44,904 nt of DNA from a virus (IMGVR_UViG_3300016662_000082:1-44904); one strand, 5' to 3'. Counted from the stretch's first letter, positions 1 through 9,280 are shown. Notes: generated by a model from the sequence alone, not told the origin. Translations and numbers: made by a program.

Positions 1-642
1 AACAGTAGCATTGTACCGTTCCATAACAGTATTCAGTTTACGAAACTCTCTGCTACAAATCTTTGCCCTTTCTCCCGGCTGCTCATTTGCTCCGACAATT
101 GCCTTGAATTGAGCTTTAGTATAACCCTCGGGAAGTTGAACCTCTCTCAATTCACGGGCTGAAGGAGAAACACCAATCGAGTCATAAACAAGGACAAGAG
201 GAACATCTAAGGATGTTTTTTCTCTCGCCTTTTCAATAACTTTGTACATTTTTGCAAACACTTCTTCCAATGTTTCTGGAGTGTGTCTCACAATCCTTTT
301 AAGGTTACAATGTGATGCTTGCTGAATAAATTCTTTATTTGCGCTGTTTTCGCAATCAATCAAAACAGGGATGCCTTTGACTTTTTGAGTTCCAAAAAGG
401 ATATTGGCACCAATCAAAGACTTGCTGCTGCTGTTTGGCCCATAAATTTCGGTAAGCTTCCCGCCGGGGATACCACCAGTAATAAATTGACCACTACAAA
501 TATAATTTAGAGCCAAGCTACCAGTATCTACAAAATACTTTACTGAATCAATATGGTCGAGGACATCACCACCTGTTTCCTCTGCCAAAGATTCAAAAAA
601 CCCATCATCAACACCGCCATCCGAAGCTTTTTTCTTAGCCAT
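1..642 (-). CDS. recA: RecA/UvsX-like recombinase (3' end outside the window)
   Basis: Not in the ORF track. Manual translation from ATG 642: MAKKKASDGG...VDTGSLALNYICSG...GGIPGGKLTEIYGPNSSSKS...LIDCENS...LVLVYDSIG...QPGERAKICSREFRKL; frame is open to base 1. RecA MAW, Walker A and Walker B regions are recognisable. Confidence 0.9.
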   Translation of the reverse strand, partial: MAKKKASDGGVDDGFFESLAEETGGDVLDHIDSVKYFVDTGSLALNYICSGQFITGGIPGGKLTEIYGPNSSSKSLIGANILFGTQKVKGIPVLIDCENSANKEFIQQASHCNLKRIVRHTPETLEEVFAKMYKVIEKAREKTSLDVPLVLVYDSIGVSPSARELREVQLPEGYTKAQFKAIVGANEQPGERAKICSREFRKLNTVMERYNATV

Positions 643-660
643 GATTCACCCCGCAAAAAT

Positions 661-716
661 AAAAAAAAAAAAAACCAAAACAAGCCAGCCACAGAATTGA
701 ACTGTGGCTGGCTTGT
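661..716 (-). terminator. Rho-independent terminator after the SSB gene
   Basis: Perfect 15-bp stem (680-694 with 702-716) and 7-nt loop, followed on the minus strand by TTTGG and a T14 run (A14 at 661-674 on plus). Confidence 0.85.
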
Positions 717-724
717 AAATCTTT

Positions 725-1717
725 TTACATATTGTTCAAGTCTTTCATGAAGTCTTCGTCGGCAAGAATATCCTCTGCGGATTTTGTTTCCTTAGAGGTT
801 GAACTGCTGACAGCCAGTTCTTCACGCAAAACTTGAGGCACAGGTTTAACAGGCTCACTCGGCTTGGAACGAAATTCAGACAATTCGTCGCCTGAATTAC
901 TGCTCTCATCACGCACCATTCCAAGATGAACTTTCAAAGCATGTTTGAGTTCATCGGCACTCTTAACGGCACGAAGAGCTTGAAGATCATGCAGACCATC
1001 AATCCACTTTTTGATTTCATCAAGGTTGCCAGCAGGAGCAACATCCTCAAACTTCGAAGAATCGTAGTTGGGATATTCTTCTCCACCGCCACCTTTGACG
1101 ACTTTCTTAACGACTCGGAAATCCCGACCATTCATCGGATGAGTGATGTCGCCAAGAGGTTTCTCACCAGCAGATTCATCACCAATGATCGCACGAACGA
1201 TCTTGGAATGAACGGTCTTACCGCAAGAGTAAATCTTGGGTCCGACATTCTTCTTGATGTTGCCTTCTTTGTCCTTCTCGGAACGAACAATAACATTGTA
1301 GTAATACCGTTCAACAGCTTTCATTTGACGGTATTGATTGCGGAGTTCTTCCTGCTCTTTGCCAGAGCATTTATCACTTCGTTGCCAAAGATCAGCGAGA
1401 TAAGTGCAAATGATGCAATCACCCTTCCAGCGATCTTGACCACGCTCATCCTTGACCAAATTGCGAGGACAATGGTATGTCCTTTTGGTCCGTGTAGCGG
1501 GATTGTTTAAAGTGTGAACCCTAGTGGCACACCAAGGCACCGCTGTGCCTTTCTTGCGTGGAAGAATTCGCACCAATACATACCCGTCACGCTCGGGCAG
1601 TCGCACAAATTTTTCAAGGTAGTCGGAATTGTTTTGGTTAGCAGTTGTCTCTTCGCTAACACGCTTTGCCTCGTTAATGACAGCGTTCATGTCAAGGGCT
1701 TCATATTCAAGTGACAT
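725..1717 (-). CDS. T4 gp32-like single-stranded DNA-binding protein
   Basis: VRILP, Zn-ligand pattern H..HCP..CIIC, RYYYNVIVR, PKIYSCGK, ITHPMNGRDF, YPNYDSSKF and acidic C-tail (DEDFMKDLNNM); lies next to recA. Confidence 0.88.
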   Translation of the reverse strand: MSLEYEALDMNAVINEAKRVSEETTANQNNSDYLEKFVRLPERDGYVLVRILPRKKGTAVPWCATRVHTLNNPATRTKRTYHCPRNLVKDERGQDRWKGDCIICTYLADLWQRSDKCSGKEQEELRNQYRQMKAVERYYYNVIVRSEKDKEGNIKKNVGPKIYSCGKTVHSKIVRAIIGDESAGEKPLGDITHPMNGRDFRVVKKVVKGGGGEEYPNYDSSKFEDVAPAGNLDEIKKWIDGLHDLQALRAVKSADELKHALKVHLGMVRDESSNSGDELSEFRSKPSEPVKPVPQVLREELAVSSSTSKETKSAEDILADEDFMKDLNNM

Positions 1718-1745
1718 GGAAGTAAATCCTCAAGTTAAAGAAAGT

Positions 1746-1794
1746 GTCGATGCCTCTGTTGTATCCGCAACACTCGGGTCATCGGCGAGTGTTG
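1746..1794 (-). promoter_or_regulatory. Putative H-type pseudoknot in the SSB leader (gene-32-like autoregulatory element)
   Basis: mRNA reads CAACACUCG-CCGAUGACC-CGAGUGUUG-N13-GGCAUCG: a 9-bp stem whose loop can pair with the downstream GGCAUCG, then a U-rich tract and SD GAGGA. Confidence 0.5.
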
Positions 1795-1856
1795 TTATAA
1801 ACAATATCGGCACAACCCGCAATAAACTTTAGAGGATTTTACAAAATTTTTAAATT

Positions 1857-2318
1857 TTACTTTACAGCATAATTTTGTTGTGCAGCATGATTTGCTTCAT
1901 GTTCGGCAAGGCGTTCTGCAACTTCTTTTATCTTTGTGCTCTTTTGAGCAAGAGCATCCATCTTTTCCTTCAAAGTCTCATATCCTTCTGCTTCAAGACC
2001 TTCATTTAATTGTTTTCGCATTTCTTGTTCTTTTTCAAATTCAGATTGTAAGTTTTTAAGTAATTCCAAATTTTTAGCAATTTTATCAGCAGCTTTCTTT
2101 GTTCTCTCTACTTCTTTTTGAGCAGCAAGTTCGGGGTTTCCCGGCAAAGCCGCTGGTGTCTTACCATGTTCCAAAATATATCTTTCCAATTCTTTCTTTT
2201 TCTCTTCTTCCATAAGTTTTCTTTCTTTACGCAATTCGCCACGCTGTTCAATAACCTTTTTCCTTACAGCTTTCTCTCTGGCTTTTCGCTTTTCAATTTC
2301 TTTCCTAGACAAAGACAT
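1857..2318 (-). CDS. Hypothetical charged coiled-coil protein
   Basis: 153-aa K/E/R-rich ORF coupled to the upstream gene by a TAATG overlap. Confidence 0.75.
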   Translation of the reverse strand: MSLSRKEIEKRKAREKAVRKKVIEQRGELRKERKLMEEEKKKELERYILEHGKTPAALPGNPELAAQKEVERTKKAADKIAKNLELLKNLQSEFEKEQEMRKQLNEGLEAEGYETLKEKMDALAQKSTKIKEVAERLAEHEANHAAQQNYAVK

Positions 2319-3082
2319 TACCTTCTCCTTAAATCAGGCATACCCGGTTCATTTGACGCATTGCCCCAATACAAATTGCCACCATCTTTTTGCTCAGGAG
2401 TTTCGCTGAAATTTAATTCTCTGTCCGCAACCAAATTGATATTTGCCGGGACAAAGTAAACATCTGATATAATTTGTTCTCTTCCTGTATCATCTTGTGT
2501 TACAAACAATTCGCCGCCATTTGGCGCAGGTCTTTTTTCAAAAATTGGGTACTTCTTATTAGTTGTAAAACGAAGATTTTTTTGCTTTGCTTGATGCAAA
2601 TGAAGCGGTTCAGGCAAAAACACCATTGCGTCGATAGGTCTGCGATTCAAATTTTTAAGAGGTGCAGGCGCAGAAACATTGTGAGGATGAACAGCAGCAG
2701 CAGAAAGCTGTTGCGTAGGCATTTTCTGCACAGCAGGTTGGTATTCAGTTACTGTATATTGTTGATTTTCGTTTGTGGGTAATGTCTCAACTGCAACGAA
2801 AGTTGAATCTTCATTGCCATCAAAAGAAAACTTTTTGTTTTTTATTACTATGCCGCCCTTGGATTCTTTAAAACTTACTGGCTTTTTACTAAGTTCAAAT
2901 ATCTCAACATTTACAATCCAAATATCTCTTCTTGCCATTTGTGCCATTATAGACGCTGCTAATTTCTCAAGAGGCACATCATCAAATGGGTCGCCAACCT
3001 TCTTTTTGAAGGTCTTAGTCTCTTCTTTATTATAATCACCATCTACTTTTTCGTGATAGTAATAGCAGCACTCAAAACCCAC
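2318..3082 (-). CDS. Hypothetical phage protein
   Basis: 254-aa ORF, GTG start with AGGAG SD; C-terminal part (FTTNKKYPIF...VTQDDTGREQ) looks like a small beta-barrel. Confidence 0.75.
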   Translation of the reverse strand: MGFECCYYYHEKVDGDYNKEETKTFKKKVGDPFDDVPLEKLAASIMAQMARRDIWIVNVEIFELSKKPVSFKESKGGIVIKNKKFSFDGNEDSTFVAVETLPTNENQQYTVTEYQPAVQKMPTQQLSAAAVHPHNVSAPAPLKNLNRRPIDAMVFLPEPLHLHQAKQKNLRFTTNKKYPIFEKRPAPNGGELFVTQDDTGREQIISDVYFVPANINLVADRELNFSETPEQKDGGNLYWGNASNEPGMPDLRRR

Positions 3083-3125
3083 GATTCTCTCCTGTTACTC
3101 GTTATAAGAGTCATCAGTATTTATT

Positions 3126-3752
3126 TTATTTTTGAATCAAACCAGTTTCATATCTTGTCCTAAATTTTATTGGCTCTCTATTCTTACTTTTACAAAAAGC
3201 CAAGAATGCTTGTTTAGCCGGTGGATTTTTTGACAAATTATCAATTACCACAATTCCGTTTTCATTAAGGTTTGGCCATAAAAAATCAAAATATTCCAAG
3301 TGTTTATCATAATTTTTTTCAGCAGTAATTATCACAAAATCAATACCACCCATGACCAAATTTTGAAATTCCTTGTCATATAACGACCCTACATAACACT
3401 CACGAATTCCTTTCATAACCCTTTTGATATTTTGCTTACCAAGTCTCATAGAAATAAATTGGTCATTAGTTTCATCAAAACCAATGAATTTTTTTACCGA
3501 TTTACACGAAGTCAAAAAACTTGCTGACAGTAAACCCAAATTAAAACCAATTTCCAACATTGATTGGGGAATAATTTTTTTTCCTAGGTGATAATAAAAC
3601 CCAGAAAAATTCGGGTCTAAATACGCTGGTGATTTTCTTGAATTTTCGTCAATAACACATAGTCGATCAAGCAATGCTCTACCACTTACCTTTTGAGCTT
3701 TCAATTCTTCTCCTAAAAATTGACTTAAGATTTTTGAATCGATTGCCACCAT
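3126..3752 (-). CDS. Class I SAM-dependent methyltransferase (Methyltransf_24-like)
   Basis: MLEIGFNLGLLS motif I, IDFVII, LWPNLNENGIVVIDN. Confidence 0.7.
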   Translation of the reverse strand: MVAIDSKILSQFLGEELKAQKVSGRALLDRLCVIDENSRKSPAYLDPNFSGFYYHLGKKIIPQSMLEIGFNLGLLSASFLTSCKSVKKFIGFDETNDQFISMRLGKQNIKRVMKGIRECYVGSLYDKEFQNLVMGGIDFVIITAEKNYDKHLEYFDFLWPNLNENGIVVIDNLSKNPPAKQAFLAFCKSKNREPIKFRTRYETGLIQK

Positions 3753-3802
3753 ACTCTAAAATAGAGACAGAAATGACCATTTTTAAATAATGTTTTTGCA
3801 AA

Positions 3803-4948
3803 ATGGTGAAAAATATGAATAATCGTTATGAATTTTTGATTGTTGGAGCAGGTTTTTTTGGTGCAACATTTGCTCGAAAAGCTACGGATGCTGGCAAAAA
3901 ATGTTTAGTTATTGATAAAAATAACCATATTGCCGGTGCAACCTACGATAAAAAATGGGACAACGGAATAATTGTTGGGGAATACGGCGCACATATATTT
4001 CACACAGCAAGCGAAGAAGTTTGGCAATTTATCAATCAATTCACAACCATACATAATTTCATCAATAAACCTAAAGTTATATCAAACAATCGAGTCTATT
4101 CTTTCCCTATAAACATGATGACTTTACATCAATTGTGGGGCGTAGTAACACCACAAGAAGCATTCAATAAATTACAAGAAGTTAGAATACCCTGCGAAAG
4201 ACCTCGTAATTTTGAAGAATGGGCATTAGATCGTGTTGGCAAAGAACTTTACGAACTATTTTTTTATAGCTACACCAAGAAACAATGGCTCAAAGAACCA
4301 AGCCAACTGCCAGCATCGATCATTCAACGATTACCGATAAGACTCACTTACGAAGAAAATTATTTTACAACCAAATATCAAGGAATGCCCGAAGATGGAT
4401 ACGGCGAAACAGTTAAAAATATGTTGGATGGAATTGATGTTAATCTTGGAGTGGACTTTTTTACCATGCGAAACAATTGGCGTGATTATGCCAAGCATTT
4501 AATTTACACAGGACCGGTAGACAAATTCTATAACTTTGAACATGGCGAACTTGAATACAACACACTAAGATTTGAACATAAAGTTTATAAAGGCGATTTT
4601 CAAGGCAATGCTGTTTTCAATCATGCGGATATCAATGTACCTCATATAAGAACTATTGAAAACAAACATTTCCATGATCGAAGAACAAATAAACATTATG
4701 ATCCAAAAAACTTTGATTTAAATGAAACAGTCGTTACATACGATATTCCTGTATCATACAAAGATCATCCCGAACCTTATTACCCAATTAGAGATGAAAG
4801 AAACAGCGCAATATACGAAGAATACCTGAAACTCAAATCAAATGAACCCGACATTACTTTTGGTGGCAGACTTGGCGAATACAAATACCTTGATATCGAT
4901 CAAACGATTGCCTCTGCTCTGGTTAAAGCAAAAGCTTTTTTTAATTAA
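3803..4948 (+). CDS. glf: UDP-galactopyranose mutase
   Basis: IVGAGFFG FAD motif, YGAHIFHT, YTKKQW, RLPIR, YQGMP, EPYYP, GRLGEYKYLD. Start may be 3815. Confidence 0.95.
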   Translation: MVKNMNNRYEFLIVGAGFFGATFARKATDAGKKCLVIDKNNHIAGATYDKKWDNGIIVGEYGAHIFHTASEEVWQFINQFTTIHNFINKPKVISNNRVYSFPINMMTLHQLWGVVTPQEAFNKLQEVRIPCERPRNFEEWALDRVGKELYELFFYSYTKKQWLKEPSQLPASIIQRLPIRLTYEENYFTTKYQGMPEDGYGETVKNMLDGIDVNLGVDFFTMRNNWRDYAKHLIYTGPVDKFYNFEHGELEYNTLRFEHKVYKGDFQGNAVFNHADINVPHIRTIENKHFHDRRTNKHYDPKNFDLNETVVTYDIPVSYKDHPEPYYPIRDERNSAIYEEYLKLKSNEPDITFGGRLGEYKYLDIDQTIASALVKAKAFFN

Positions 4949-5132
4949 GGAAGCAAGGCCACAAGCACTTGCTTCCTTGTCCTTGTCAGAGAATTTCTCT
5001 AATTTGAAATCCAGCCTGATCGGTGCCTAAAAGCATCCCAATCCTGTATTGGCCTCATTCATCCACAACTACAGGTCAAACATCCATACAGACAGTCGGA
5101 ACCTTAGAATGTTGTAGGATAAGGTAGAATCC
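4947..5132 (-). ncRNA. Candidate GGA-rich small RNA (CsrA/RsmA-sponge-like) ending in a hairpin
   Basis: No credible ORF; 8 GGA on the minus strand (7 within 4974-5085); 11-bp hairpin 4947-4957/4968-4978 at the 3' end. Confidence 0.35.
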
Positions 5133-5147
5133 AAGGATAAATATATA

Positions 5148-6098
5148 ATGTTCAAACTTATCAAAAAGCAAACGATGTCGCCTGTAACTTTAAAGGAACA
5201 TTATTTGAGAAAAGACCGTGTTTTAATCAAAAGAAGAGTCGGCGGATTTGGCGATATTTTGATGCAAAGAATGATGTGGGAAGATTTCAAACTTCAACAT
5301 ATAGACTTAAAATTTACATACGCCTGCCCAGCAAAATACATGGACTTTGCTCTTAACCACCCTTTTATAAAAGTCATAAAAATTGATGATATAAATGAAA
5401 AAGAATATGGAATAATTTATGATATTACAAATTGCTGCTGTGTTTATGAATCACGACTCGGTGCGAAAAATAAAAAACATCGTAGCGACATTTGGGCAAA
5501 CTTTTGTGGAGTAGAACTTCAAAACCACAATATGCATTTACAAGTCGATGATGAGTATAAAAAAATAGTTCAAAAAGGACTATCGGAATTAAACCCAAAT
5601 AATTTACCCATAGTTCTTTTTGCTCCTCGTTCAACAAACTGTGATTATGGAATAGGAAAAAGTTTAACTCACGATCAAATCAAAGAAACAACAATTAAAT
5701 TGTGGGAAATGGGATTTTTTGTGATTTCAGTTCACAATCAAATTATTGAAGCATTTCAAGAACTTGGGGTTCCACAACTGATAAGAATTCATCCTTTAAT
5801 TTGGATCGCACTTACAGATACGGTTGATTATGTTATTTCAGTTGATACCTCCACTTTTCATCTAGCAGGCGGATTAGGTAAAAAACTTGTAGGTATTTTC
5901 ACCTACACAGACGGAAAAATTTATGGAAAATATTATGATTTTGTCTTAGTGCAAAAACATCGTGACAATAGGGATTGGGACTGCGGTCCATGTCTTCTCA
6001 ATCACCTTTGTCCAAAAACAAAAGAGAAACAAAAACCATGTTTAACTGAACTAAGCTCCGATGATATAATCGATGGATTCAAAAAACTAATTATTTAA
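5148..6098 (+). CDS. Glycosyltransferase family 9 (heptosyltransferase-like, GT-B)
   Basis: RRVGGFGDILM, VISVDTSTFHLAGGLGKKLVGIF, and a C-terminal CGPC...C...C cluster. Confidence 0.85.
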   Translation: MFKLIKKQTMSPVTLKEHYLRKDRVLIKRRVGGFGDILMQRMMWEDFKLQHIDLKFTYACPAKYMDFALNHPFIKVIKIDDINEKEYGIIYDITNCCCVYESRLGAKNKKHRSDIWANFCGVELQNHNMHLQVDDEYKKIVQKGLSELNPNNLPIVLFAPRSTNCDYGIGKSLTHDQIKETTIKLWEMGFFVISVHNQIIEAFQELGVPQLIRIHPLIWIALTDTVDYVISVDTSTFHLAGGLGKKLVGIFTYTDGKIYGKYYDFVLVQKHRDNRDWDCGPCLLNHLCPKTKEKQKPCLTELSSDDIIDGFKKLII

Positions 6099-6512
6099 TA
6101 AACAAACCTCTACACCCGATTCTGCGAATAAATTAAGTGACATCTCAATGTCTGAAACCCATCGTGGATTATCACAAACAGGAGCAACAACCCGCTTGAT
6201 TCCTGATTGAATTACCATTGATGCACAAGAAGCGCAAGGCATCATGGGATACACATATAATGTGCAATCTTTTAAACTTTTTTGAGCAAAAAGAATGGCA
6301 TTCCTTTCCGCATGTATTATAATCTTATATTTTATATCCCGATTATTCAATCGCTCATCTGTGTCTTCCACACCACGGGGCAAACCATTGTAGCCTACCG
6401 ACACAACTCTTCTATCAGCATCAACAATAACCGCTCCAACCTTGGTAGATGGGTCTTTTGACGCTGTAGAAATATATTGGGCCAAGCCCAATAACCAATT
6501 ATCCCAATTCAC
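6087..6512 (-). CDS. dCMP deaminase
   Basis: SKDPSTKVGA, GYNGLPRG, HAERNA and PCASC zinc motifs. Confidence 0.93.
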   Translation of the reverse strand: MNWDNWLLGLAQYISTASKDPSTKVGAVIVDADRRVVSVGYNGLPRGVEDTDERLNNRDIKYKIIIHAERNAILFAQKSLKDCTLYVYPMMPCASCASMVIQSGIKRVVAPVCDNPRWVSDIEMSLNLFAESGVEVCLLNN

Positions 6513-6972
6513 TTTTTTCCCTTTTGATCTTACATTTAACTTTTTTTAAGGCATCATAAATAAATTCATATCCGTCATGATTAGGGCCAAAATGTTCTTT
6601 TAAAATATTAACAGCAACAAATCCATTCTTCTTAAAGAAGCAATGCTCTGCCTTTTTTTCATCACTTATAATCAATTTAATTTTATTTTTAATGGTGTTT
6701 TTAAGATAATTTATCATTGCAGAACCAGCACCATTATGCCTATACGCAGGTTCAACAGCAATACTGATCAGTTTATAATATTCGTTCTTAATTTGATACA
6801 ACATGAATCCAATTACTTTGGTTTCATGTTCCACAACTAAGCCTACATAATCCTTGCGTTTCAGACACGCTAAAAAATCGTCATATTCCAATGGAAATTC
6901 AAAACTTTCAAGTTCAATACAGGCAATCCTTTCTAAATCGGACTGCAAGCACCAACGAACTAAAAACTTCAT
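6499..6972 (-). CDS. GNAT acetyltransferase (RimI-like)
   Basis: DLERIACIELESF, VIGFMLY, IAVEPAYRHNGAGS (motif A), FFKKNGF. Confidence 0.85.
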   Translation of the reverse strand: MKFLVRWCLQSDLERIACIELESFEFPLEYDDFLACLKRKDYVGLVVEHETKVIGFMLYQIKNEYYKLISIAVEPAYRHNGAGSAMINYLKNTIKNKIKLIISDEKKAEHCFFKKNGFVAVNILKEHFGPNHDGYEFIYDALKKVKCKIKREKSELG

Positions 6973-7001
6973 CTTATGGCCCTTCCTTGGACAAAGATAA
7001 A

Positions 7002-7151
7002 TTATAGACTTTCAATCAATCGATTGATAATTTTTTGCATGGAATTTGGATTAACATCAGTCAAAAGACTTTGAATTTGAAGGTCCGTCAATTTTTTGTG
7101 CTTGATAAAAAGGCTATAGAGTTTTTGTTTGTTTCCCTTGAAAGTAATCAT
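7002..7151 (-). CDS. Small hypothetical protein, 49 aa (possible HTH)
   Basis: Below the ORF-track cutoff: MITFKGNKQKLYSLFIKHKKLTDLQIQSLLTDVNPNSMQKIINRLIESL, with AAGGAG SD and a sigma70-type promoter upstream. Confidence 0.6.
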   Translation of the reverse strand: MITFKGNKQKLYSLFIKHKKLTDLQIQSLLTDVNPNSMQKIINRLIESL

Positions 7152-7180
7152 AAAGTCTCCTTTGTTAATTGGTACAAATG

Positions 7181-7209
7181 TTTATACCACGCCCAAAGGA
7201 GATTATCAA
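7181..7209 (-). promoter_or_regulatory. Sigma70-type promoter
   Basis: TTGATA-N17-TATAAA with an extended -10 TG. Confidence 0.6.
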
Positions 7210-7476
7210 TCAGTTTTTTACCCTGCTTATAAGCCAGTTATACACCTCTTCAATATCGTCTCTACTAGATGTGATATGATCACTAGCCCAATCATGACCG
7301 TTTGCTAACTCAGAATCTATTTTGCTAACATCCATTTTAAGCATTGCATCAATCTTTTCTTTGATAACCTTGAGGTTTGAAAAAAACATATAATGTTTTA
7401 TTTCTCCATCCTTAGCTTCATGGTATTGTGATTCGTTCATAACACCGGACAAATAAAGAAAATCTTCTTTTTTCAT
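7210..7476 (-). CDS. Hypothetical protein, possibly head-associated
   Basis: 88 aa, GAGG SD, preceded by the late-type TATATA box at 7494-7499. Confidence 0.7.
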   Translation of the reverse strand: MKKEDFLYLSGVMNESQYHEAKDGEIKHYMFFSNLKVIKEKIDAMLKMDVSKIDSELANGHDWASDHITSSRDDIEEVYNWLISRVKN

Positions 7477-7488
7477 GGTAACCTCACT

Positions 7489-8145
7489 TCACTTATATAT
7501 TTTATCAACAACATAATCCATCAATTCATGATAATTTTTAATTCGATCTTCAAGTTGATAATTCAATTTATGATAACCATCTAAAAAATAACTAAACTTT
7601 GATTCGTCAATAACCGAAAGACCACAATATTTCAAAATTTTACGAGCATAGATTTCTTTAGTCTCTGGATTTTCAAACAAATCCTCATAGGAAATTATGT
7701 GAGAGTCTTTAAGAAGACCAATGTAACTTAGATGCATTCTTGCTTGCTTTGCAATTTCAATCACAATATCTTGATTTAATTCATATTTTTTTTCATAATA
7801 GTCAGGATTTACTGCTGTTTTTTTATAAACTTTAGTAGTCCTAGCTAACGCAAGAGATATTGCAGATTTAATCAAATCTTTTCTATAAAGATATATGACT
7901 TTAAATCTTTTTAAAATTTCTATGTTTTGTTCTTTATTTAAATGAAAACTTAAATGCTTGAAACCATCAAATTTATTTTCTAATAAATTCAGCGATCCCA
8001 CAAAATTAGTTTGTGCTATTTTGTAATATTCTTTTTGAAATATTGGGCTGTATGGCTCAAAATTAAAATTTGCACCTTGAGAATTAAGAAGATGCATCAA
8101 ATTAGTGCTTCCGCACCTTGCAAATGAAAAAATTACAAACTTCAT
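7489..8145 (-). CDS. Sulfotransferase (Stf0-like P-loop fold)
   Basis: FARCGSTNL 5'-PAPS loop, FEPY, LYRKDLIKSAIS 3'-PB motif, ISYEDL. Start placed at MKFVIF (ATGA overlap with the upstream gene). Confidence 0.85.
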   Translation of the reverse strand: MKFVIFSFARCGSTNLMHLLNSQGANFNFEPYSPIFQKEYYKIAQTNFVGSLNLLENKFDGFKHLSFHLNKEQNIEILKRFKVIYLYRKDLIKSAISLALARTTKVYKKTAVNPDYYEKKYELNQDIVIEIAKQARMHLSYIGLLKDSHIISYEDLFENPETKEIYARKILKYCGLSVIDESKFSYFLDGYHKLNYQLEDRIKNYHELMDYVVDKIYK

Positions 8146-8768
8146 TTTATTTTTTTCATTACAACACAATCTTTTCCTAATTCACAAACTTTTTCACAAA
8201 ATTGCATCAAATAATTAAATCCTTTTTGTGTAGTTGGAGAAATACTTCCGTCCATCCATGTAGTATCATCAAAAAATATAAAACCACCGACTTTGACTTT
8301 GGGATAAAACAATTTTGCATCTTCAAAAGCATTTTTCTCAGAATGATTTCCATCTATATGAAGCAAATCAATTTGTCCATCCTCAAATTGCTTTACAGCT
8401 TGAATTGATTTTTTTCTTAAAACTTTCACATATTTGCACAAATTCATACTTTTTTTAAGATTTATAAAATGATTATAAATTTCTTCCATTGGAACTTTTG
8501 ACCAAAAATCTAAGTTTTTGTCATTTTTCATTTCTTCTAATGCAATTTTATTACTCCAAGGATCAATTCCATAAATAAAACCAGCGCCATTATTTTTTAA
8601 AGCAATTGCTTGAGGGAATAAAGACGATCCGCCGAAAACTCCAATCTCAACACAGCATTCTAATTTATTTTTAGTAATTATTTCAAAAAGCTTCATAGCT
8701 TTATCTTCAGAACACCAGCCTTTAACAGCCTTTGCTTGATTATTTAAATAAATTTTAATATTTTTCAT
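8142..8768 (-). CDS. Class I SAM-dependent methyltransferase (Methyltransf_24)
   Basis: VEIGVFGGSS, GIDPW, IDLLHIDGNH, VKVGGFIFFDD. Confidence 0.9.
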   Translation of the reverse strand: MKNIKIYLNNQAKAVKGWCSEDKAMKLFEIITKNKLECCVEIGVFGGSSLFPQAIALKNNGAGFIYGIDPWSNKIALEEMKNDKNLDFWSKVPMEEIYNHFINLKKSMNLCKYVKVLRKKSIQAVKQFEDGQIDLLHIDGNHSEKNAFEDAKLFYPKVKVGGFIFFDDTTWMDGSISPTTQKGFNYLMQFCEKVCELGKDCVVMKKIK

Positions 8769-9268
8769 GGTTTCCCCGGCAGACTATTCAAAAAGTCTTC
8801 TGCTGATGTTGTTGAGTTGTTTTCCGCATCATAAATATCACGATTCAAGACTTTCATTTCCGTCCTAATCGTATGCCCACGATTCTGAGCATTTTCATGG
8901 TTTTTATTCCAAGCACTCAAATGTGCTTTTAAATGACCAACTACTTCCTTCCTATCAACCACATGCTTTTTTGCCGCAACTACATCAACATGACAATTAG
9001 CAAATGCTTTAGCATAATTATCTGAATTTCCAATGGCTTTTGATTCCATAAACTTGGAACTAAACATGGCTTCAGCGTCAATTTCAGCTAACAATAACTC
9101 TTTTTGAGCATATTCTAACTGTTTACCTAAATAATCAACCCATCCATATTCTTTGCTCATGTATTCAGGCAAATTATTTTCACTATATTTCATGTTGTCG
9201 GGGTCGAGAACAATTTCTCTCCCCCGAACAATTACTTTTACTTTTTCAATAGGAGCATCATTTGCCAT
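8765..9268 (-). CDS. UvsY-like recombination mediator
   Basis: Size, helical pattern and position among the recA, gp32 and helicase genes; no diagnostic motif. Confidence 0.55.
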   Translation of the reverse strand: MANDAPIEKVKVIVRGREIVLDPDNMKYSENNLPEYMSKEYGWVDYLGKQLEYAQKELLLAEIDAEAMFSSKFMESKAIGNSDNYAKAFANCHVDVVAAKKHVVDRKEVVGHLKAHLSAWNKNHENAQNRGHTIRTEMKVLNRDIYDAENNSTTSAEDFLNSLPGKP

Positions 9269-9280
9269 TATTCAGCATCC

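Noticed and set aside
926-1510. 194-aa plus-strand ORF and other antisense ORFs in the track (e.g. 2118..2459, 12221..12655, 28763..29131, 31662..31997, 32553..32888)
   Set aside because: They are shadows of well-supported genes on the opposite strand, with no motifs or convincing RBS.
4947-4978. Hairpin as a simple glf terminator
   Set aside because: It overlaps the glf stop codon and has no proper U-tract on either strand; kept only as part of the sRNA candidate.
7035-7232. 65-aa plus-strand ORF
   Set aside because: The minus-strand 49-aa ORF at 7002..7151 has an SD and promoter and matches the operon direction.
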